64,000 nt of DNA, taken from the NCBI GenBank assembly GCA_000165425.1, contig CT868020.1, positions 62,001 to 126,000 on the forward strand, written 5' to 3'. The notes beneath the pieces were generated by a model. The model saw only the letters and a list, made by a program, of their open reading frames with translations. It ran no database searches and was not told the DNA's origin. This document shows positions 1 through 13,330 of the stretch, piece by piece. The stretch's first letter is position 1. Each line of letters starts with the position of its first letter. The DNA is from Paramecium tetraurelia. Taxonomy: Eukaryota. The translations under genes and the position numbers were made by a program.

Positions 1-2137
1 TTCTGGGCATTCTCGCCAAGGGAGTTTAAGAGTGTAACGACAACCTTTGGCTGTAATCAGCAATTGTCCTGAATTTTCATAGTGTGCCAATTACCTGCAA
101 TAGAAAGTTTAGGGATTGGAGTAGCGAGTTAAGAACCTCAATAGTTAGCATGCAGACAGAACAGAAAATAGATCGACAACTACATAAAAAAATGAAGCAT
201 CCCTATCACCCTTTGTGAGGTAGAAAAAACCAAGTAGTTCGAATTAGAAAGTGGATTCGTAGAGCTACTATGAAGCCATCATTAATAAACGACTGGAAAA
301 CATCAGTAAAATGGATTAGTCTCCTGTGCATATCAAAACTGATAATACAGTGGCTTAATAAGATAAATATTCCATTCATAGCTAATTATCCAATTTAGGT
401 CCATGCTCAGGAAAATTGCACTCTAACAGTATTGTTAGAATTTAAAAGTTGACTAAAAAATTGAGAAAGTTTAAAATGATCAAGGACTAAAACCAAGATG
501 AATGTGCTCCATCTTTGGCAAAAATTAAATGTTTTTGTTAGGAATATTATAATGATTGTTTTGATTTCTATAGATGCACCGACTTGATAGCCTTAAAATA
601 TTTTATCTATTTGCTCGTATAGGAAATTAACACTCTTTATAGTTAGGACGCTTTTAAGATGGCAGACAATTCAATGTAGTATCAATAGTAAATTGAAATG
701 CTTAAAGAGTAATTAGATAATTAGAAGAGTGATTAGGTGAGTTTCCAAAACCAATTGAAATTATAAAAGATGGTTGTGGATACTCAAAAATTAATACAAG
801 ATATTATTAATGTCTTATAAACTAAACACAATTAAAGTACATTGATCAATTAGGTTGAAGTGCTGAATAATTAAATGAAAAATATCAAAGAAAATATGTC
901 GACCAATTAACTGTAACATCAAAATGCAACTTCATTTGGATAGTAATTAGCAAAATGTGGAATTGATGTCAATTATCAATAGAGAGTAACAAATGATACT
1001 TCAGTAGTGAATTAATCAAATTTTAAAACTCAAACTGTGGATGAAAGAAATCAAACCTAATTTAGTTCAAAATCAAAGTCTCCTTATAATAGGAATCAGA
1101 AGAAAATTAATTTTGAGTTAGAATAATAAGTGGATATGAATAAGAAATTATTTGATGAACAAGTAGTAACAAATAGATAGTTGATGGAGAAACTATTCAA
1201 ATTACAAACTGAAAAGCAATAAATTGATTAGATATTGAAGTAAGTGTAGGACGAATTGAAATAAAGAAACTAAGCTATTATAGAGTTGGAAAATAATCTG
1301 TAAAAGGAGAGTTCAATATTTAATGAGATGAATTAAAATTTAGAGGAGGCTCTTTAATAGAATAAAGAAATATAGAAAGAAAATGTTAAGTACAAAGAGA
1401 GCATTGATCAATATATGTAGATAGAATAGAAGTATTATGATTTATTACAAGAGAACAATAAATAATTTTAATAGTTGAATTAAGTTATAAAAGAAAATGG
1501 GTGTCTATAGAAGGTTCAATAGTAAATAGAGGTATTATTGTAGATTAATATTAGGCTGAATGCAAGGGCTATTAATAACAAATTTTGAAATTGCAAGAGA
1601 AGTGTTAAGCACAATATGCTCAAATGTAAGATCAAAGTGATGCCAAATACCTATAATAGTAAATAAATGAGTTACTGTTACAACAACAAGAACAGAGCAA
1701 AATAATTGTAATCAATTTTATAAATAAATTAGACTTTGATTACTGACGAAGCCCTGTATCTTGGCTAGATGACTCTTTATGCCAGTGATATACTGTAGAG
1801 ACAACAGACAGATGGCATTCCCACCACTCTTGTGATGCTATAGAAAGACTTAAATGGAAAGAGGAGCACAATTCAATAGAAGATGAACATTCTATAGTAA
1901 TTTGGGAACAACATGAAAAATCAGCAATTGATTGCTCACAGTAGTTCTAGTTAATTTAATGATAATGTGGATTTACTGGAAAATCTGCATAGTGAAGCTT
2001 CGTCGACTAGACAGAAGAATGTGAGTTCTTATGAGGAGACAGCCAGCACAATTCACAATAATAATATCTAATCGAATGATTTGATGATGATGTTGTTGGT
2101 TTAATGCAACACTTTAGAGAAAATGATGGAACTTTGA
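1..2137 (+). CDS. Long coiled-coil protein, unknown function (5' partial)
   Basis: Continuous code-6 frame rich in Q/E/K/L with about 3 tiny introns (e.g. gtattattgtagattaatattag); ends ...TLEKMMEL-TGA 2135-2137. Confidence 0.8.
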
Positions 2138-2175
2138 TTTTTCCTTGATAATTCAATTTTTATTATTATTTTATA

Positions 2176-5100
2176 ATGTTAACATTTATATGGATTTTAA
2201 TTATGCAATAGGTTAATGCCCAGTCTTGTATGTGCAATTAGACATATCCAGATGGATGTTTGATAAATTAAAATTGCACATTAGTCATATCCCATTCAAA
2301 CAGCACATGGAATGCAGTAGACGAGCTTTTAATAGAGAATTGCAATGTGACGATATGTCTAGAAAAATTAGTGGGTAAAGCGATATTGAATTTCAGCTAA
2401 TTAACAATCAACAATGCAAATATAATATAAGATGACGCTTGTTATTCCATATTATCTTAATAATTAATCTTCTTGGGAAATTAAACTATTATTTCATCTT
2501 CTAACATATTGCTTTATGGGAATATACAATTTTAATTCATTACTACTAATATGAGTATAAGCCATGCAAATCTATTGTCAAACAGTTTAAATCTCTGTAC
2601 AGATTACTTGTAGGTCAGCAATTCAACCATTAGAACTCTAATGTAAAACAAATCATAATGCTCATGCTTAAGTAATCAAAATTGTTCTAATCAGATGTAT
2701 ATCAAAACCATTTTTAGCTTTGTGGGCTATATCACTCAGAACTATACTAACTTATCTTCGTAATATATTGAGTAGTAGTGGATTTCACAGTTTCAATGCA
2801 GTTTTTTCAGTCCAAAGACACTGACTTACTTCACCTCATTAATTTCAGTCAAAAATCACTTTAGTTTGGCATAACATTCAAAAATCAAAGGGTTCTATGT
2901 TGGAATCTATGCCTATAGTTTAGAAATTGATCGAACTAGTTAGATTTTGACTGATGGAATGGGATACTCCACCAATGAGGGATATGGTTGTGGATACACT
3001 GATAAAATAATAGGATTGAGATAGTAATGTGGAGGTACTGGAGGAAGTCATGGAGGAATGGGAGGGTTCTCAATAAGTCCAAAGTCTAATTACAATTAAT
3101 TGTGCTTACAACTACAGAGCAAGCAGATTTATGATTACTCATTCAATCCAGTATTACCAGGAAGTGGTGGAGGTGGAGTAACATATGGAAATTAGTTTTA
3201 TAAATTTGAAAGTTAAGGGCAAGGAGGAGGAGTCATGCATTTAGAAGTGTTGAATTTATATAATGATGGGATAATAAGTTCAAATGGATCTGCATATATC
3301 CAGGAACCATTTTTCGGGAGTGGAAGTGGAGGTTCGATTTAGATTAGAATAATCTATTTCAGTGGACAAGGATTAGTAACTGCCGATGGCGGTGGTTCTT
3401 AATCTGGTAATGATTTTGATACGGATTAGTTTGCCAGATAGAAATTTTATTAGACATACCAAATCTATGGAGGATTTGGAGGAGGAGGAAGAATCAGATT
3501 GTTCTTCTTCAACATTACAGAAATGATTAATAGTTCTTATTATAACAATTGCAACAGTATTATGCAAACCAATCCTGGTGGTTTATCAATCCAGTAAAAA
3601 GATATACTTAATATGTCAAATCAAGGTCTTATTAAATTTCAAGGTTCGATTACGCCTACTGGATGTCCTTAAGGTACATAAGGTATTTATTGTTAAAAAT
3701 GTGGGAAAGGATATTATAAAATGCTTTTTGGACAAGCACCTTGTAAACCATGTTTTAACACTATAAATAAAAACACTAGTTACTAAATTGAGGGAGAAAA
3801 CACACCTTTTTGTAAAGTTGTATGCAATGATGGTAAATAACCAAAAGAAGATTAGTGTTTGACTGGATTGGCAGAATTCTCTCAAAAACTAGGAGGTCAA
3901 AATGTCATATTTGCTCTGTTTGTTACTATCATTTTGCTATTGATTAATATTGCTATTGTTTGGGCGAGCAGGGATAAGAATTCGAAGAAGTCAAGACAAT
4001 TTTATGGATCCTATGATGAATCAAGCTTCCAGCAGATGACTAATTCTCTATCTGAGTTAAATAACAAAACTTACTTAATTAGTCAGGATCTCCATTTTCA
4101 TGTGCGAAGAATATATCTGGCAGGATGCAATACGTATCAAAATCCATGGTAGATTTATTAAGAAACTTTGGTTGATAGTGATCTTAACCAAGGAGACAAT
4201 AAGGAATTGTAAGTTCTCTTTGAAACATTCAACTAAAAAGCATTGTTTACTGTTTTTGAGAAATACACTTTGATATTTTTCAAATTCTATTATTATCCTC
4301 TTTACATTTGGATTCTTCAATTGATCCAAAAAAACAAGTTCAAAACCCTATCCAAATTATTTGTTAAATAGGAGCATCTTTATAATGGATTGGATTCTGA
4401 TAGAGATAAGATGAAACTCAAATTCTCATGTTCTAAAGATAAGACCTTAGCATTCATTGATAGACTCAATTTAGCTTTGAAGATTGTAGAACAGAGTAAT
4501 ACTTTAGAATTACCAATCTACTTAGTATTAAGTGGTTATGGTACATTCTCATACCCATTTTAAATAAACATTCATGATGCTCTCATTAAGAGATTATGGT
4601 AGTAGTTTAGCTTTAACACAAATGAGGAAAGCATCAATCTCTTTGAAAAGTTTGTTACTGAATTCAACTATTATGCAGTCAAGATAGATTTCAGATAATC
4701 GCAATCCTCATTCATTCAAAGATTTCTTGAACTTGTTAATTACACAAACCAATATAATTATGAAATCTTTAGATTGCATCATTTCATATAAGTTGATATT
4801 TGTATCCATATAATAGCCATTTAACCCTGTTCATAAAGTTAGGTATATTTACTTGGAAATGCAAATCAACGAGAACTAGAATTTCTATTAAAACAAATTC
4901 ATGTTATGAAGAATTTACCTGAGGAATTCACTATCAAATTATCTATTATCTTTAATAATTATAATAAAGAAAGAATTATTAATTTGGAGAGCTTTAATAA
5001 CTTGGCCTACAATATAAACGAATAATTGTAGATCATTGTTAATAAGGACAAAGATGATCTGAAAAATCAGATTTAATAGGAGAAGAAAAAGATGCAATCA

Positions 5101-5697
5101 AAAATAAATTGTTTTAAGATGGATGGAATGAAACAATATAAACTGAAAGGAATACAAGTAGTTAAAAGATTCTTCACATGGCTTTTTAGTCAGATTACTC
5201 GATATCGAGATAGCAGAGTCAATTAGTAATTCCTTATTGCTGGAATATGCATAACCCTTGCAATCTAATGGGTATTATTGTTTAGCTTATTAGATAGTGT
5301 TTTGTCATTGCCTATCCTGTACTCTTATTTATTGTGAATGATTTAGAAAGCGATCAAATATTTGTGGCTGAATTCATCACTCAACTAGTGATATTTCCTG
5401 TAGCATAGATCATTAGTTTGGTAATTCTCTCGGCTTGGGTAATGTAATCTCTATATATAGCTTCTAAAATCAAGAAGAAATTATGGCAAAATGTACCTTT
5501 TATTCAATTTATGTGCCTTGGCAAGTTCATTGATTGAATTCATTTTTGGATGCTATGATCTATTCAACTTCAATTCAAGTGCTGAATTTAATTTATTTAA
5601 ATTATTCCCTTTCTTTTTCATTATGCTTTCGTCACATTTAGTTTGTCTACAAATGAACTTTAACGAACTCAACAAAACCAAATATTTTGAAATTTGA
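2176..5697 (+). CDS. Large glycine-rich, Cys-rich membrane protein resembling the At5g11700/'ephrin type-B receptor-like' family
   Basis: Signal peptide MLTFIWILIMQQVNA; motifs GGTGGSHGGMGG, GSGGGG, GSGSGGSI, GFGGGGRIRL; CPQGTQGIYCQKCGKGYYK; TM helix; then HVRRIYLAGCNTYQNPW; C-terminal TM bundle; ends KYFEI-TGA. Confidence 0.8.
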
Positions 5698-5859
5698 TTT
5701 ATTTATTATAGTAATTGTTATTTAAATATAAACAGTTCTCAATGACTTACTATTATGATCTTCAAAATATTTATAACGCAGTTCCCATTTATAATATAAC
5801 CCAATCTACATTATAATATACGAATTATCACAATATTTGAGTGAAGATTAAATTAATAA

Positions 5860-7375
5860 ATGAATAAATACACCTTAAAATTCAGAGACAAAAAAATTGA
5901 AGAATAATTTTAATAAATCCATCAAATCCCTACTAGATAAAAACACATAAAACTTATTTCAGTATTTTTCTTAGCTCTTTAAATATTTAAACTTATAGCA
6001 AGTATTTTACAGCATTAGAAAGAATAAATGTATATTTTAATCTTTTTAATCGCGACAACTCTAGTATTGTGCTTTGCCAAGATCACGTCTAGCTTTTCCT
6101 CAAATATGGCTCTATGTTTTATCAATCTATCTTTCACTTTTTACACTGTTTATTATGATCCAAAAGATGAAATCACTAATTCCTACTATAGGGGAGCTAA
6201 CCAGATGGTTTTCAATATTATTAACATCCTGCTTACCGACTTTTTAGAATCAGCTCTCATAACTATGACTATATTTGCAACTAGATCAATTCATGTAATG
6301 CTTTATGGAGATAAACCTGATATCTCTTACTTTGTACTTGGATTTATTATAAATCTCTCATTTCTATACATCATATACACTTATCGTAGTGCCATGCGTT
6401 CATAGTACATCCTCTCACGCACAGACAAGCAATGGGAGAATATTCTCAAATAAATTATTCATGATGAGTAGTATTTATTAATAAACTTTGATGTGGAAAA
6501 ATTAAAGTTTTCAAAAATTTTATCAAACTTTTTTAAAGATGAACAGAGAAATGATTAAATTGGTGATTTTTTAAGAAACTCATATATAAATTAAGAAACC
6601 CTTGAGAACTATTTATTCAATTAAATAAAATTATTTCAGACTAATTATCATGATGTGTTCAATAAAATTATCTCATTAAAATATGAGAAATTTCATTTAT
6701 CAGTTTCCTATTCAATATTCTAGGGTTCAAGACCAACAATTTTGATCCAGTTAGTAAAACATCAGTATAATAAGGAAATATAAAGTTTGATCATCAAAAC
6801 CTTAATCAATCTTAAACTACTGACTAATTTAATTAGAATAATTAATGGAAATTAAGATTACAGCAAAGATAAGTTCCAAAAAATAGCCACAATTCTCATA
6901 TACTAATATTTCTAAGCTAAATTACATTCCAAGAGGTTTTCATTCAAAATTTGCAATCTAAAAAATATCATACTAGATTTAAAATATTATTTTTATCCCA
7001 ATAGTATGGTAAGATTATTAGAAAATAATGTTCATTTGAAAACAATACCATGCATTTTGAAGCTCCTTCTATTGATCGTAGTTGAAAGTTCAATTAGTAG
7101 AGTTTTGTTCATAAAAACACTCAATAAGACAGGGTAGCAGAATCAACTAAAAATTCATAGTACATTTAATGTTTAAAGCTTCAAAGTCAGATATCTGTAA
7201 TTTGAATACTTTCTTTAAGCAATTGTAAAATCAATCTCAAACGATGAAAAAAGTACAATTAACTTATTATATAGCAATCGAATTTGAGTTACATCAGGAA
7301 TCTTTTCTACCTTATTGTAAGCCAATGTCTATTAAAGGTTGTTATTATGATTCCAAAAGGAATAGATTTGATTGA
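5860..7375 (+). CDS. Multi-TM protein with degenerate histidine-kinase-like C-terminus (ciliate MNxxTLxF family)
   Basis: Starts MNKYTLKFRDKKIEEQFQ; about 5-6 hydrophobic helices; no H-box (SHELRTP) or G-boxes; one intron near 7253-7274. Confidence 0.7.
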
Positions 7376-7456
7376 TTTTCAGTTTAAATTAACAATTTTC
7401 TTTATTTCTTCGGTGATTTTATAATAAATGATAATGAAATTAAATTAATAAAATTA

Positions 7457-8343
7457 ATGAAATCGTTTAAAGTTTCGAGTGGCATAATGGATATCATTAA
7501 AAATTAATCGAAGGATGTGAAATCCTCCTAAATGATAGTGGACAAAGTGAATGAGATTGTATATTTCAATATAAGACATAGCATAGTGGAATTGATGAAA
7601 ATAATCTGAAATTAGTAAATCAACATCTCATAAACCATTTTCAATTGAAGCCAATAGTCAGTGCAATAGAATAGCCAAATAATCCTTTGCAAAAAATACG
7701 GAATCGTTCCAAACCCAAATTTTAATCATTGTTGCATTCTTAAATTAGTTAAGAGGTTGAGTCAGTCCAAAATTCATACTAATATACAGAACTACTTAGT
7801 GAGAAGGACAAAGAGATAAATTATTACAAGAATCATATCTAACAACTGACAGAAGAATTGTAAAAATTAACTGAATTGTTTGAAACAGTTAGAAATGAAA
7901 ATTAATCTCTTAAAAATTAAGTTGATCAAACTCAAAATTATCAACTGATCATATCTAATCAACAGAAACAGATTTTGAAATTGCAACAAGACAATGTAGA
8001 ATTAGAAATGATTTTGAAGAACACTCTTTTGCAACAGGAGAGACAGAAATTTTAATCGTAATCTTCAAAACAATCAATAATCATTAAGAAAAACTCATTA
8101 AATGGACAGAAATTAAAGTTGTCTAATAACCTGAGTTTAAGTGAACAAATGAACAATTCAAACATGAGTACAAGTTTCATCTCCTGTCCAGACAATTACA
8201 ATCAAAAATAAAAAAGTCACAGAGCCAACGAAAGAGTGAAAACTAATTAAACGGTTCCGACTCTTCCGGATTCTAAAATCTATTCGAATGATCAATATTA
8301 TGTGTAGAGATAAGGCAAGGAAAATATCAAGATGAGATATTGA
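7457..8343 (+). CDS. Coiled-coil protein, unknown function
   Basis: MKSFKVSSG..., one tiny intron, heptad region LLSEKDKEINYYKNHIQQLTEELQKL; ends KMRY-TGA. Confidence 0.75.
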
Positions 8344-8708
8344 TGATAAATTATATTTTTTTGTTATCTATTAGAATTCACATCATAAAATTAGTGGAGA
8401 TATTTGAGTAAAGTTTATAAAGTTTCTATATTTCTAAACCGTTAGGTGTTTTCAATACAATATTTTCATCTTAAACCTACTGCAATTGAAACAGAAAATA
8501 AAAAGAGAACGGTTAAGGATTCACGCTGTCCTTGAATAAGATTTCAATTTTTATTTCCACATCAAGAAATCAATTGAACTTAACACTAAAATAAAGTATG
8601 TTTTCAGTTGAGACTTATATATTCTAATTAAATTATAATATAAACTTTTGAAATATTGCTTGCATTTAGAATTTCAAATAGTTTATCCTAAACTTACTCT
8701 TTCTAGTT

Positions 8709-10558
8709 ATGTCTAACAAGGAATAGGTTTGAGTGTCTCGTAAAATAAAGGAGGCAGTTCTAGATACTTCAGTACTTATTCTGGATGTTATTTGATAAGT
8801 GGTAAATGCAGAACAGCTTCAAGGAAGTTTCAATAATGATTTTCCTGTCTTCTATTAGTTGAGTTTTTTATTGCTGGCCTATTAATTCTTACTTAAATTT
8901 GGAATATTAGATTTCTGGGAATGGCTTTTAGTAATTGTTCCAATTTTATTAGACTACTGTATCTAGTTAGTAAAGTTAAATTTTAGGCTCAAGTGGAAAT
9001 CTATTTTGAATTCTATATTTACAATCATTACATAAATTGTATAAGATTTAAGGATGGACTTTCTTAATTCTATACTCTTGGGGAATACTAATATGGGTTA
9101 GCCATCATACTCCTAAACAATTTCCAATTTTTAATACTTCATGTTAATGTCATTAATTAAGGATTTACATAAAATTTAATGCATAAGAAAAGAATCAAAA
9201 ATAGATACTAAAATCTATCTTGATCAACATCTGAGCATTTAAAAAAATTTAAGAAAAACAATTAAATACATTTATGTTTTTATCCTGTTAATTATTAAGA
9301 ATTTCTGGATTAGAATTATTATTGAATTTAAATATATAAGCATAAAATTAACCTAATTTCAATTTTTCGCGGCATTCATTTTCTGCTTATTTTATTTGAG
9401 ATTACCAGTTTTTAAATCAGCCCCGTAACACTCAATAATAATAAAATACTAGCTAATATATAATAAAAAAATAAGTAAAATACAAGCACTAGACAAAGCA
9501 GGAGTAACTTGATAGTAGTAAAACCTATAGAAATTCTGGTATTTTAAGTAAAAATGATAAAATAAAATAAAATTAATGTTGATATTGAAAAAGTAATATC
9601 ATTATTAATAAGTGAAAAACTGAAAATAATTTGAATTTTCACTATTTTATACTCAAAATGAGAACTTTCAGATAGGAGCCTTTTATTAGAGAACTGTATA
9701 ATGCTAATACAAATTCCTGCTGAGATTCAAATTAATATTCACTAGATTAAACGCTTCTATCCATTTAATTCATTTAGAGTTTTGCTTATAGGGAGGACTT
9801 TTTAATCATGCCAATTCTGGAACTTAACCCTTTCAGTTTTTTTGTAAAACTAGGAGAAGGTGAAAACAACATTTTCAAAAGAGTTACTCTTGATTCGTTT
9901 GAATAATTATAATTTTTTCAACTATTTAAGCAGATTTTACTATAATAACTTCTAGTTAAATAATTCACCATTCAAAGGCTGATCTATCTCTCTAAGTGGC
10001 AAGAAATTTGCTTTTTGAGAATCAAATTACAGTGAAATTCAATTATTTCTTTCCCTTCAAATAATTTTTAAAGAATAATCTTAGGTAGAAGTAGATTTAA
10101 ATAATTATTTATAAGAAAGAACATAAAAAAGAATCATTATATTTCTCAACTAAATGTCTTTTCCAAAGATTATTATTTTTCTCATTAGAAAGAGATAGTA
10201 ATATTAAAAAAATGATGAAATCAATGTAGTTTTCCTTTAAAATCTAATCATGAGAATAAGTAAAGAAATTAGATTTAAGGGTTGGTTTCCTTCCTTATGG
10301 CATAAAATACATTCTTAAAATTGATGATATTAAAAATTAGAATAACATGATAAAATCAAAATATGTAAAAAAAATTAAAGAAAATATCTGAAAAGTTCTA
10401 AATAAGAAAGAGTTAAGGAAGTTCATGTAATAATTCAAATAATTAAGTCCATGAAATCGAAAAAAGAAGCATGGAGAAGGAAGAAAATGCGTAATATTCT
10501 GCACATACATTTATTTATGTTTTAGTTTAAGAATCTCCTGTCTCAAAAGAATAATTGA
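8709..10558 (+). pseudogene. Decayed TMEM185/Fragile-X-F-like multi-TM gene with internal inversion
   Basis: Fragments LLKFGILDFWEWLLVIVPILL and GWTFLILYSWGILIW lie in different frames; in-frame TGAs; segment 9171-9639 reads as TM helices on the minus strand. Confidence 0.5.
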
Positions 10559-10869
10559 TTAATTTATTTTGTTTTTATTAGATTTTCAAAATTGAATACA
10601 AGTAATTTGATTTGCATGTTCCAATTCATTACAGATAAAATTATAAAAATATGTATAATATGTGTACCATCTTGACTTATGTTTTAGAATGTAATAGTTG
10701 AGATTGCTTGAGCTGTCTTTTGAATATATTTTTTTGCAACCCTTGTGGACTTTTTGTATTCAAATAGAAATATGCATTTAATTCTTAATTGCTTGATTAT
10801 CTGTTTATTATGATTTAATTCTATTTTATCATTCCTTTTGATTTCTATTCTGAAATTTCATTAATTTTC

Positions 10870-12209
10870 ATGACAGAAATAAACTCATATGAAACGATTA
10901 TAATGATTCTAAAAAATCTGAGCAATCCAAAGTTTGCTTCATAATACGAGTAACAACTTAATCGCCTCCCTTTCTTTAGCTTTTATAAATAGGTTTTAAA
11001 AACAAATACATTCACATAAAGTGCGTCTAAATATATGCAACTTCTATATTTGAAAAAAGGATAAGTCTATAAGCATCCGAGTATACTAGAAATATATTAA
11101 TAGCTGACTCAATTGAAAGTGTAATAATATTGCTTGAAGGGACCTTGTCTTTGATTAAAAATGATCAAAAGAAACAAATACTTGTAAAGAAAGTAAAACC
11201 ACCAGATCATCTATTTTAAGCAGAAATCTATAAGAAGACTGCCTATTCAAAACATAAAATAATTGCCCTCACAGATTGCTCAGCTATTTCATTAAGCTTT
11301 ATTTCAATTCATGAAGTATATGAGAATGCCATTTTTAGATATCGGTTTATGGATTTTAATTTGTTAAGCATAGGGAAGAGGTAGATTATTTTAGAACGTA
11401 ATATCCAGATATTAAACCAATTGAATTTATACCATTTATAAAGCAATTGAGGAAAGAGAATTTTATGAATAATGTTACAATATATTCATCCAATCAAATT
11501 GCCAATAAAGTGTATTTCATCATCTCTGGGGAAGTGGAAGTATAATTATAGTATATACAAGATTTATGGTGAAAATGAGGATGGTAAACTCTAAAGAATA
11601 GCAATTGCTTGTGAAAATGACAGTTTTGGTGAAGAAGCATTATCAAGTTCTGTTCCTAGACTATACAAATATACAGCTAAGACTTAGTATTTTAAGAAAA
11701 CTACAGCTTTTGCATTTGAAGTAAACATAAAATTGTATTAGATTGATGATTACTGCCACACTTATGCCCCGAATCTAATTAAGAAAATAGAAGATAAGAT
11801 GAAACTCAAAGAACAGCTTATTCTGTAAAAATTCAAATAAACTCAAACTCAAACAAGCACTTTGCCAATTATAATTAATGGGTCTATTAAAAAACCTTTT
11901 TATTAGTACATTCCTAAATTTATTAGATTCTTAAACATGGCATCACCTGCATCAATGGCGTAATCGATAAAAATGAATAGAGCTCAAAGTCTTGATGAAT
12001 AAGGGTTGCTCAACTTCATGGAACTTCACAGTCCAGACAACCATCAGATGAGACTATTTGAATCACAAGTGATTAGACCATTAATCAAATAATAACAATA
12101 TGACGAGAGTGCTAATCAATCGAGAGATAGAACGAAATCTGGGGAATTGTAGAAATTTTGGAATCTTAGTTCAGAGTCTAAAAAGTTGCCTCAAATTAAA
12201 TAACATTGA
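10870..12209 (+). CDS. Cyclic-nucleotide-binding (cNMP) domain protein, tandem domains
   Basis: NQIANKVYFIISGEVE ... ENDSFGEEALSSSVPRLYKYTA phosphate-binding cassette; an earlier degenerate domain (LKKGQVY..IILLEGTL); tiny introns; TGA 12207-12209. Confidence 0.8.
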
Positions 12210-12254
12210 ATCAGTTTGTTAGACTAAACTATTATAATTATTATAATTATACGA

Positions 12255-13330
12255 ATGCAACATTAATTGAGTTTGAGTATTGAGAGTAAAAATAGTAATC
12301 TCTCAGATTAGATAGAAAACATTGAAATATTATAATTTAATCAGACGGCATTTCTTTAAGGACAAGAATAATCCATATTACTTTCAAACATCCAAGGGGT
12401 TTCGTAAAGATTGTCCATTATTCTGATCTAATCTTATTATAGAATGTATTCCTGCAAGATCGAATTCTAAAAAAGGAAGAAATGAGCTCAATATAGATAA
12501 TGTGTAATTCAAGAGTTAGTAGACAGTGAGTATACTTATTTGGAAAATTTGTTGCTAATCATCGAGAACTTCTGCATTCCATTTTAAGGAATTTTGACAG
12601 AAGCTTAATCTAAATAATTATTCAGAAATTTGAAACCAATATATTTACTGAATATGCAATTTTTAATTGAAATCTCAGGTAGAATTAACGTTCCTATTAA
12701 ACTAGAAAAATTCTGCAATTTCAATTAGAATACTTGTTTTGGAAAAATATTTAATAAGTATGCCCAATTTTTAAAATATACTTTGAAAAAATACTTCTAG
12801 TTTTTCAATTAAAATTGTTTCAACTTTAAGGAACGAATTCCCAAAATTGAATGATTTTATTTTATAATCGGAAGAAGAAGCAGAAATTTTTAAAGGAAGC
12901 AATCTAGAATCATATCTTATAAAACCAGTGTAGAGATTACCTAAGTGTGTCCTTTTACTTAAAGATTTGATCAAACACACTTGACAATCTCACCCAGATT
13001 AGGAGTCTCTTCAAGTGAGTGTCAATAATTAATTTGAAGTCAATAGAAAATTGATATTTTGATTGATAAGGAAAATATACAAGTTATTTTAGTTTACTCA
13101 AGAATTAAAAGCTCTTCGAATTGTAGAAACAGTTCTATGATTAAATCTATGTTTCTGTTTTAGAATCAACTTGAAAATATGATCAAAGCGAAACCATTAA
13201 TAGGAGTCAGTTATAGTGCAATATCATGAAAATTCTTACCTAAAGAAATCAAAATGTTTTAGTTAAATAACATTAAAATTGTATGAATATCTTTTCCTTA
13301 ATGAGAAATCTTATTGCAAAAACAAACCTG
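12255..13330 (+). pseudogene. RhoGEF (Dbl-homology) pseudogene
   Basis: VIQELVDSEYTYLENLLLIIENF ... LFRNLKPIYLLN ... LESYLIKPVQRLPKCVLLLKDLIKHT*QSHPD; in-frame TGA 12982-12984 plus frameshifts; 3' end approximate. Confidence 0.8.

Noticed and set aside
12982..12984. In-frame TGA as selenocysteine or readthrough
   Set aside because: It is not a Cys/redox position and is accompanied by frameshifts; a pseudogene is the simpler explanation.
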